Shown here piece after piece: positions 1-10,500 of a stretch of 64,000 bases of DNA (position 1 is the stretch's first letter; each line of letters begins with the position of its first letter). The position numbers were made by a program, and so were the translations under genes. The notes under the pieces are model-generated. The model was not told where the DNA came from. It saw only the letters and a program-made list of their open reading frames with translations, and searched no databases. Source of the stretch: Lama glama (Eukaryota); contig CM052832.1 of assembly GCA_028534125.1 (NCBI GenBank), forward strand, positions 15,254,001-15,318,000, in the 5' to 3' direction.

Positions 1-3000
1 TATGCTTTTAAACTTGTAAAATGCCAAGGGAATAACTGTAAGCTAGGATTCCTTGTTGCCACCACCTGAGGACCGGTGAGGTATATAGCCAAGCATGGCT
101 CTGAGAGCCCAGTTCTCTCCTCAGCACTCAGCCAGGTCGGCAGCTCACATGTTCATAAAGTAGGTCCTTCAGGTGTCCAGACAAGATGCGCTGCCTCCAT
201 TCCACAGTTCACAAGGCAGCTCTATAACTGTTCCCTCCTAACTGGCAAAGGTGGCCTCCCATCCTCCATCCCATGGAATTTAGAGTCATTCTGGCAAATC
301 TCTCATTCTTGCACCAACCCCAAATAGGCATTGAACCAAAGGCAACATTCAGGCTGAGGGCAGATCAAAGAAAAAGGAGCTGCTTCTTGGTCTTTACGTG
401 TCTTTGTTCCCTTGCTTTATCCAGCTCTAGACCCCTGCTCACATGGCCCGTCTTTCTACTGAAGGGGCCCTCCGCCGGCCTCGGGTGGGATGGTGTGAGA
501 CATTCCTTGGTCATGACGTGTTACATAGTGAGATGTTACATGAATTCTAGTGGCCAGGTACCTTCATGCACCCAGCCCAGCCAAACGCTAGCAGATGGCA
601 TGTCAAGAAATAAATGTTCTCATCTCAGGAGGGTGGGAAGGAGGCAGGGCCTGGGTCCTACTTCCAATTCTGCTATCACTGAGTGGGTGGGCAGTTCCTT
701 ATTGCATATAAGCCTTGGTTTCCTCCAGGGTTGGATTTCAGACCTTTCCCAGAGTCTCTTCTTTGGCTCTGACATCATAGGCTGTAAGAACACTGGGGAT
801 CCAGTCATCAACGCTAAAGTCAGCTCAATAAATAACCTTCTAGTCAGAATTATCCACAGAGGCCCCACCTCAGCCCCAAAGTGGGCAGGGTCTGAAAGAA
901 ACTTGAGTTTGCCTAGACTGCCCCTCCTCTCCACAGAACCCGGTGCTGGTGACTGTACACACCTGTGACTGAGAACTGGGTCAGCCACTGGATACTCATG
1001 ATCACCATCTGCCTCCTTGTGGTCTCCCCACCCAGTCTCACAGACTGAGCTGGTTTCCCCTTTACACACTGGTATCCATCAGGCCCATCTTCCCACACTG
1101 CACCCCTCACCTCTTCTCCATGTGGAATGTCCTCAGGGTAACCTGATCCAGCCACCTGGGATGGCACTCCCCTACTTGACACTATTAGGAGCCCCAGTAC
1201 CTGGGTGTTAATTTCTCTGAACACTAACTTCCTGGTGGGTTTAGTGTAAAACTGTTGAAGAAAACCAAAGGGCGGTGCATCTGATCAGCAAGAGGGCAGG
1301 AAAGGGAGACATTCCATTCCTTATCCCCCTGCCTGCCCCCTACCCTGGCAGCCAGACCCCTGCTCCGCAGCCTCTCCTTCCCAGGCCTGGTCTAGCAACC
1401 CCTCTGGGCCTCTTACCCCCACCCCACTCCACACTCATAAGGGAAGCCCTTATTAGACATGAAGGATGTCACCACAGAGGTGAATAGGACTAAGATTTCT
1501 GCAGAGGACAGACCTGAAAACAATTAAACCTGAGAGCATGTGATACAATTTCTTAGGGAAACAGAGTGTTCTGTAGCCAAGGAAAGGCCGATGAGTTCCA
1601 GGTAGAGCACACAGAGAAGTGATGCTTGAACTGGGTCAAAGCAGTGAGTTGGGAATTGTGGGTCTATGGATTTGCTCAACAAAGGTGGGGGTCTGTCTAG
1701 GAACCCTCAGCAGAAAGCCCTGGTGGAGACAGGAGCATCAGAGGAGGCTAGAGAGGGAGCACTCACTCTGGCCAGGGAGACGGACGTGCCTGGTGGTTAG
1801 CATGGTGTGGTGTATGGCAGTGACCAGGCTGTGAACCCCAGTGTAAGTGATAATCAGATGGAGAGCGATCGATTTTGCCTGAGGAGGCCGGTGAGGCTTC
1901 ACAAGAAACTTCATGGAGCTGGGCTCCAGCCCTATCATGGCCTGGCTGGAGGGGTCAGCGTGGGAGAGGAGCAGAGGGCAAGCAACCAATTTTGATATTT
2001 CGATGGCTGGGAGACTCTCCCTGCAGCCCCTTCTTCTTTCCCAGGTGCCCTGATGTCGCCATAGCAACAACAATCCCCTGGGGTGTGCTGAGGGCCAGCA
2101 GTGTGGGCTGGGGAGGGGGACAGAGGTTCAGTGAGCTCAGGGTGGGAAACCACCCAAAAGGAGGTGCTGGCAGGCCTGAGAGAGACTGGATGTGAGAGGA
2201 CAAACTGGCCCTGCGGTGGTGGGGCTGGGGCAGGGAGGGTGAAGGTGTGAGCTTCTAGTCAGGTGTGGGAGTTAGAAGAGATAAACACCCACAAGAGTGA
2301 GCAAGAAATGGGCTTCCTCCCCTGCTCCGCATCCCCAGTCATATCACAATTACCATCCTTAAGAGCAGCAAGGAACGGAGTCCCAAGACCTCAGCCTGAC
2401 CCCGCCTGGTGGAGGTTGAGCTGCACCTACAGAACAGAACAAGTCTTCCTTGCCTCTGCAGGGAGGGCAGAGCTCCAGACCTTTCCTAACAGTCCCCAAA
2501 TTGTTATTGACTGCCCTTCACCCAGGCTTCACCCTGGCCTTCCCAGCTCTCCCCCGACCCACTGGAGGGATCTGCAGCAACCCCATGCAACAGAGTCTGG
2601 TCCTCTTGAGGTTCTTCTGAGGAATGACTCAGGACAGAAGAGGGGAAAGTGCTACCCGACCCATGTGGTTCAGAGCTGTGGCCGGGGTGCGGGCAGGGGA
2701 GGAGGCTTGTCCACTCCATGTCCATGACCTCTAGCCACATGGCCTTCCTCTCCACTGCAGGCCCTTCCTGGGGAGGACTAGACTGGGGGTATGGGGTCTG
2801 GTGACAGAAGCTGTATCCGCGGTTGAAAGTCACATAGGAGAGGGCCTTGCAGCCTGGGCCCCTGGGGCCAAGGTGGGATCAGCAGAAGAGCCCACCCTCC
2901 AGTTCACAGACCCAGGTCCTGCTTGGTTTCTGTTTGCCCTTCTCAGCCTCCCAGCTTTGCATTTGAGGAGTTTTTTTTCTCTGATGGGCAAAAAGCCAGG

Positions 3001-3929
3001 TGGGTTGCTTCTATCTCATCAAGACGTAGTATTTTCAGGTCAGTGTTTCCTTCAGTGTTTCCTTATTCAGCAAAAGTCTCAAGAAGTCATGTCATGGTGC
3101 ACATGGGGCTGGAGTTCATTCATCCCTCCACTCCCCGCCTGACTGTTGCACCCCCACACTCCCGCGGCTCCTCACCCAGCCCAGCCCCACCCTAGCAACA
3201 GGAACCTTGTACCTAGGGGTTATCTTTTCATTCTCCTACTGGAGCCCTGTCAGTAATTCTGAGAGCTCCTCCCTGAATCTCAGCTCGGTTGAATGATCCC
3301 CTCACCTGTCCGCAAATGATCGTTCTGCCTTAGGAACTGCTCAGGTTCTGACATCTGGGTCCAGGTTTTGATAAGGTTCATCTACCTCCTGCTTCCATCT
3401 CTTTAAGCTTTCCTTGTCAAGGTCTTCCGTGAAGCTAACGGAACTTGCAGGGGAAGGTTGACCAGGGTAGGGGGTTACCCAGAGGTATACTGAAACAGTA
3501 AGGAACAGAGTGGGGTGGGAACTGGAGGCCACCCCACCCAGGGCAGGCGGAAGTCCCCTCTCACCCCAGGACTGCTGCTGGCCCCTGGTTCCTCCTCCTC
3601 CATCAGTTCCCTCTGTCTCAGCTGTCCGTGACCCCATGCCACCTCTTCCTTCCAATGATTCTTTTCAACTTCAACTCCCATTGCTAATCACCTCCTGCTC
3701 TAAGCACTTCCCAGTTCAACCTTCTGAGAAGCAGAACCCCTTTACCCTGTGTTCTCTCTTCACCCCTGGCCACATCTCAAGTTGACTTGCCTCCAGAGGC
3801 TGCCCTTAGATCAGCTGGGACTGGGCACCATGAACAAAACTATGGCGCTCTCTCTAGGGCAGAACAGTTGTCTTTAGAAGGAACCACGCATGAGCACGGC
3901 TACTCGGTGACTGGCAGGTTTATTAAATT

Positions 3930-3996
3930 TTCATTGATTTGACAGACACTTGAGCACTTATGACAGGCCACGAACTGTTCTAGGCTTGGGTATACC
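3930..3996 (-). mobile_element. L2 3'-end fragment
   Basis: ttcattgatttgacagacacttgagcactta...ctgttctaggc resembles the reverse complement of the L2 3' tail. Confidence 0.55.
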
Positions 3997-4635
3997 ACGA
4001 GGTCAGGGGGCCCCGCCCAGCCTCTACCTTTCTGTCCCTGGCCCCAGCCCCTTGGAGTCTGGCAGACTCTTCTCTAAGAAAGAGGAGATGGAGGTGTCTG
4101 CAGAATACAGAGTTGATTGGTGAACCTAGCAAAGCCCAGAGAACTCATCCCGTCCCTGCTGCTCGATGCAGACAAGGAAATGGATGTACATGGAAGGGGC
4201 ACAGGCAAGGGCTCCAGGTGTGATGTTGGGCATGGCCTCTGTCTGTCTTCATTTCAGGGACATCTTCATCAGGTTCCTCCTTCAACTTGGAGGGAGAAAG
4301 GGAAGCCCTGATCTCCTGATTCTGCAATTCTTCTGCTCTTGCATCTTTTCCTTTCCTCCCATGCCCACTCCCCAGGCCTCCCAAGACAGCACTCAGCCTC
4401 CACTAACGCTGGTGAGTGTGAAACGGGGGGCTCTGGAGAACCAGGGGCCCTGGGACACCCCTTCCCTGCTGGCTGGGGAGCCCAGAGCCAGCCCTGGTTT
4501 CCCTGAGAAGCCAGCTAGGCCACCTCTGTGAAGATTCAGACTCCTTCGCTGTCAGCCCCAGGGGGCCTCTTTTGTCACCACGTGTTGATAAGTGAGTTTT
4601 AAACTCTGAAGGAGGTTCGCTAAAACAGGACACCT

Positions 4636-4659
4636 ACACACACACACACACACACACAC
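4636..4659. repeat. (CA)n microsatellite
   Basis: Direct reading. Confidence 0.97.
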
Positions 4660-5609
4660 TGATGCTTACAAAAGACACCTGCCCTAGAGATATGGGCTTC
4701 CTGGCTCTCAGGTCACATGGGACTCTAAGAAGAAATGCATCCAGGGGAATCCAATCACTTCTTTCTAAGCCCCCAATCATGGGTCTGGCTTCAGCCTTCC
4801 AAATTCCTTGCAGTTTGCTACTTTCTGTGCTTCCATTCAAAGCCGTCTTGCTTTTTGTGCTCAACTCCCTAAAGCTGCCCCTGTCCTTAACTCGAGGCAG
4901 GGGTGTCCCTTGTCCCCCCAGCACCCTGTCCTTTGTAACCACCCCAGTCCAGCCACACTCACTGTACCCAGGATTGACTGAGTGAGATGGAAAAACAATG
5001 AGATGAGGGATCACCTTGAGTGCCCACCCAGAGTGAGGGAGGCCCAGACCTGGGCTCCTAGCCTTGACTGCAAATCAGCACCAAGGAAACGTTTTCTAGA
5101 AACACAGGTGCTCAACCACCTCCCAGAGCTTTTGGTCAGCAAGTCTGGAGTGGGCCATGTTGAACTTGCGTGTTCTAAGCAGGGGACCGGAGGAGAAAAG
5201 AGGAAACTCCTCTGACCACACTGTCAGTCTCCAAATGGGGGGTGGGGGGAAAGAAGGGCAGAAATTGCGCTATGGAACAGTTGCCTGGAATTGTTACCAA
5301 ACTTTTGAAAAACACGAAACAACAAATAAAAGCAGTAGATAATTAAGTACATAATTGTACACACCACTTGTTAACTAAGCTTTTACTCCTAGAACCTGAC
5401 AGAATCTGCTTATAAGGTGATAGCGGGAGGGAACGCTGGCATATGGCAAGCCATCTGCAATGCGAATGCTTTGTCGATGAGAACTTCCCTGCCCCACAAA
5501 GAGAATGAGATGCTAAATGTAGTTTTCCGGAGCGAAGTGATTTATCTTCATTCTGTGCAGAAAAATGAGTTGACTGTGTGGAGTGAAGATGAAAGAATGG
5601 CAGGAAGAG

Positions 5610-5690
5610 GCGGGGTGGGGCGGGGCGGCCGGCGGGGAGGGGGTGGGGGGAGGCGGTCTATAAAGACCGCAGTGCTGCCCCCCCCCCCCG
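5610..5690. other. GC-box/G-run cluster (G-quadruplex-capable) with TATAAA inside a short inverted repeat
   Basis: ggcggggtgggcggggcggccggcggggagggggtgggggg, then gcggtc-TATAAA-gaccgc, then a long C run. Confidence 0.6.
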
Positions 5691-5999
5691 CCTCCTTTCC
5701 CTCCGCACAGACCATACTTACATCACTGCGTGGTCCAGGCCAGAAGTGTTCTGGGGACCCTTTGGTTGCTTATGTCTGAGAGTCAAGCCTTCAGGACACA
5801 TGATGGGCAGAGGAGAGGTGGGTAGCTAAGGGCTCCGATCAGCACCTCTCTGAAATGCTGCTGTTCTAGGGGTACAGGGAGCCTGAGACCTGCGGAAGGT
5901 CTTGGGAAAAGTGAATGGGTGGGTGCGTCGATAGTTCCCTGATTTCTCAACTGTCAACCCACTGCCTGCCATCTCACCGTTAGAGCTTCTACTCTCAAA

Positions 6000-6155
6000 G
6001 GTCCTTAATCTCTTCAAGGCTACTTTCTCAGCTGTAAAATGGAGATAAATTACCTACCTTGGCCGCCACCCTGAGTCAACGTAAGACCTGGTAAGATGAT
6101 GCAAAAAGTATATTAAATAGTGTAAGGTTTAATACGAATGGAATTATCATTATTA
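6000..6155 (+). mobile_element. MIR-family SINE fragment
   Basis: Core-like tttctcagctgtaaaatggagataa...acctacct and tail ...ttatcattatt. Confidence 0.65.
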
Positions 6156-7384
6156 ACAGTCCACCTGGAGCCCTGTGAACTCATCCCTCTGCCCTCAGTT
6201 AACCTCTGACCTGCGTCCCAAGCCTCACAGCGTGGTTGCCCAGAGTGGTGGGTCCTCCAGGCAGTGCCGGCAGCTCCCTTCCGTCTAAGGGCCTTCCCAG
6301 CTCTGCTGCTGGTGCTCTAAAAGTCTGACACCAGCAGCCCTGTAGAAACTAGCCCCTGGAAGAAGGGGGCCACCTGGGAGATGGGGCTCTTGGGGGTCGT
6401 CGAGTGGCTGGCCTCCTGGAAACAGGCTTGCTGGGGACACAGCAGGGCTGCGGAGGGGGATGCAGGCACAGCCCTGCTGGGCTCCCAGCACATCTCCACC
6501 TACTCCATCCTCAGAACACGTCACCATCCCGGGAAGGGGTCTGCCTTGGCCTCGTGCTCCCCCTTGGTCCTGTCACAGTGGGGTCACATAGTACAAAGCA
6601 TGGTGACCTGTGTGTGTGGAGATTCCCCACCCTGACCCCATAAACTCCCTAGTTTGGAACTACCCTCTGCCCAGACTCAGGCCAGAACCACCCCCACCCC
6701 CCAGCCTTTCACTTCTAGATCCATAAGTGGGGGTTCCCCTCCACCTCTGCTGATGGGCATCCATTGTACTCGTCGAAGACATTTTCTCCCCACAAGTATT
6801 CCAGGAGAGCCCTTGTCGGCTGTGGAGACGTGGCTGCCTTGCTTCTGGGCCCCTCACCCCCCACCCCTACCTGCCCCTCCTGCAGGGCCCACCAGCCTGT
6901 GCTCCGAGGTGGGCTCATGGTCCCTCTCCTGCAACTGCTCTGCCCTTTTGCCAGTAGTTAATTCTTTCACATGGGGAGCCCCTGGGAAGTCCCTGCTCCT
7001 GTCATATGAGGACTCTGTTCAGACCCAGGTCTGCTCCTTGGAAGGCCATGCCTGGTGGTCATGATTGAACTGAACAGACACTGCACAGGCCTTTGCTATC
7101 AGGACTCCTGGACACAGAGCATCTCATTCCTTTTTTCCCTGGAGGGAGGTAGGTGTAGCAGGGATGTAGGGGGATCGGGAGCCCTGGGCTGCAGGCTGGG
7201 CTGTCACAGGCATTGGCCTGGCCTTTCCCTTCTTTGAAGATGGATGACAGTGTTGGTCCCAAAAAAGACACAGGTGGTGCCCTTCTTACTCAACACTTCA
7301 TGTTTCAATGGATTTATTACTCTCGGCATTTTGTCCATTTTATCAACAAAGGAAACCCCAACATCATCACAGAAAACAGATTCT

Positions 7385-7500
7385 TAGTGGCAAGGACTCT
7401 TGGAGATAGTGGAGTCTGCACCCCTTCATTTCATAGATAAGGAAAATCAGGCCCCCTGGGCAGGAATGACTTGCTGAAAGTTACGGAGGTAATGGGAGAA
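7385..7500 (-). mobile_element. MIR-family SINE fragment
   Basis: ccccttcatttcatagataaggaaaatcaggccc...aatgacttgctgaaagttac matches the reverse MIR core. Confidence 0.65.
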
Positions 7501-10500
7501 CTCACTGCCCTAGGACCCCACACAGAGCAGCAATGCGGGGCCCGGCTAGTGAACACCAAGCAGATGGAGAAGGTGGCTTCAGCAAAGAGGTGGCAAGAGA
7601 GGAAAAGGCACTTGGTGACCATCACTGGGAAGGTGGTTTATCAGGACAGAGTAGGGGGGTCTCCAGGGACAAGCGAACAGCTGCTCCATCTCCAAGAGTG
7701 AACCCCTATGTACATTGCTAATGGCCAGAGCCCCCCTCAAATGTACTTTTTCTGACCAACTGGGATATCTTGGGAGAAAAGGGGGAATTAGGGCTTAGGG
7801 TAGGGTGGGGAGTGGAGGCCAGAGAGAAGGGCTGGAAGGGAAGCTGAGGTCCAGGCCGAGGTCCAGACGGCTATGTGGTCTAGAAGTATACCTGAGGAGA
7901 GCCACCTGGGGGCCCCAAAGCTCTGTGCTCAGCTCTGGGCTAGGTAGGGTTTGCCAGCGCAGCGTCCATCTCGGGGGTCTACCCAGCTGTGGGGTGGAGT
8001 TGAATCAGTACAGATCCTGGGCAGAAGCACCCAAGACATTCACAGGAGGACCCCAGTTACCATGGACCTCTCTTGGAGGAGGGTCCTATGGGTTCTGGAA
8101 TCTTGGCATCTCTTGGCTTGAAGCGGTGAAGGAGAGGAGCTTGTTAGTGGGCTTTAGAAAGAGGGCACTTGTTGAAGAGGTGAAGATTGGTGATGTGGGG
8201 AGGAGGGACGGGGCAGCCTTCTAGGAAGGTGCCCTCAAGCAATGGAATGAGAGATCGACAGGTGAAGGGTCCTTGCTCCAGGCTTGGGACCCTCTCTCCC
8301 CTCCCACCGCACCCCTGCAGACAGTTTCAGATGCCTTCCACAGAGGAAGGGGTGCCTGAGACAGCAGGCAGCAGCACAGGATTTCCACTGGGCCACCCAG
8401 AGCCCTGTCTCCACTCTGCCCTATGTGTTGTCCCCAGGAACATCCCTCCAGCCAGCTCTGGACCCCCCGGAAGGCTCAGACAGCCTGCCAGAATCCTATT
8501 TTGAGCTGCCACAGGCCTAGCAGGGGCCAATCTATGGAGAGGCAGCCCTCACCCAGGAGTTCCAGAGAGCCAGACCCCTCTCTTGGGGCCAGCACCCACG
8601 CTGGCAGAAGGGTATGAAACAAGCCATTCTCTTCTTAGAACAACTACCAGCTACTCCAGGCCACCAGCCAGGGCCTGAGCTACCGGCCACCCTCCCACCC
8701 CCACCCCCCAGGCTCCTCTTCTTGCCCTGTCCCAGAGCTCCTCCAAGCCAGGCCTGAAGGGGTGAGGAGTTCTGTCCCTGCCAGGGCCCCTCTGCTCAGC
8801 CAATGGGAAAGGCCCCGGTAGGAGCCGAGGGCCTGGTCCTCAGGACCTCAGCTGAGCATCACCACCCTGGCCAGCCCTTCCCAGCTTCCTCCTACTCCTG
8901 CACCCAGCTGGCTTCTTTCTCAGGCCATTTCCAGAAAAGAGAAACCCACTTGCAGCCCTACTGCTCCCTCTGAACCCCAGAAAGCCTGCTGGTCAACACT
9001 GGCCATAGCCTTGCCTCGGTTCTGTCTCTCCCACCACCCATCTCCCCGCTTCCTCTCGGCTTCTCTCTGTCTCCCTCTTCTGAAGCTGCAGTGCCATCCC
9101 ACTGCCCCCTTTTCACAAGGTGAGGAATTACCATTTGGGGCCTCCCTCCTGCAGGCCCTCCTATTTGCAGCTGCTTGTAATGGAAAATCTGGGCAGGTTG
9201 TGGGGAAGAGGAGAAGGTGGTGGGGGGTGGGGGGGAAAGGAGGTGAAGCTTTAAACAACACAGCAATTGGAAAGAAACTTCTGAAGTGAAGTTAGCGATA
9301 ACATTATCCAGTAGCAAACATACTCAGCCAAACCCTGCATGTGGGAGATTAATGGCCTATGGGATGGGGACTGAATTCCGAAGACCCTTGCTCAGGAATG
9401 ATATGAATTGGTTACCCTGGGAATAGCACTCAAATGGACAGCTGTATGGTATAAATACTTGTATTCTTTATTTGTTAAAAGGAGCACAGTTTGAAAGAAG
9501 AGCTTTCAGACTTCCCTCCTTGCTCTCCGTGCATGAAGGGAAAATACTTCCATGCCTTTGGTACATCCCTTAAAGCAAACTGTGCGCAGGGGCAACAATC
9601 TTGTCACCTCCTGCACTTTGATCAGGTCTTCTCTCTTAGGGCGGTCTTCAGAGAAAATTTCCAGAAAGGGACCCAAGAAATCATCTCACCCATCCCCCTA
9701 CCTCTGGTTAGACCCCAACTCGCCTCTCAGCCCTCCCATACAAAAAGAAATAATCTTTAAGCACAAAACTTTTCCCAGCCAAGAATCATTTACTCCCAAT
9801 CCTCCCTCCTCTGATGTGTTAGGATAGGAGGCAGGTTCACCATTCATCAATCTATCCATCCATCCATCCAACCAACCCACAGCGTGGAACTGCTAATGGC
9901 CAATGTCTAGCATGCAGGACTGAGGAGGGATGGGGTCTGGAATTTCCCAGAGTCCCAGCTGAATATAATTTTTTTTAAATTGAAGGTGATATTTCAATAA
10001 ACCCCTTAATGAGCTTGATCTTTTTTAAACCTTTCTGTTGAGTGACTTCACCAAGGCTACAAGTTGGGTTTCTGCTTCCAGATGCCTGGACCAAGGGAGG
10101 ACACCACCCAGCCACTCATGTGAATGGAAGGCATTGCTGGATCAGGGTCATGGGCAAGGCCAGGCGCTGTCCAGATAACCCCATCCTGTTGCCAGGAACT
10201 GGGGCCAGGTCGCCTGCCTTAGAAGAAGGGACCCTGGATTACTGGTGGCTCAGAAGGGACTGGGCCTGGGGCACGGTTCATAGGCTGTAATCTCACAAGA
10301 GACCAGTTCGTCAAAACCAGAATGCCAGTTATTTATTTACACTGAGAAATATAACTGTCATGGGGACCAGAGCCTCCTGTTTGACCCATCAGTGCATTCT
10401 CCCTGTAGAATAGTCACTGTGGGAAGGTAAATAGTAACTGAGAGCTTGGGGCAGAAATCAGATTGAAGGGGGAGGCCCTTGGAGCTGCATTTGTGTAATT

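Noticed and set aside
273..968. 231-aa plus-strand ORF
   Set aside because: No recognisable domain; splice signals here favour the opposite strand
3040..3063. 12-bp tandem duplication tcagtgtttcct
   Set aside because: Two copies only; ordinary slippage, not an array
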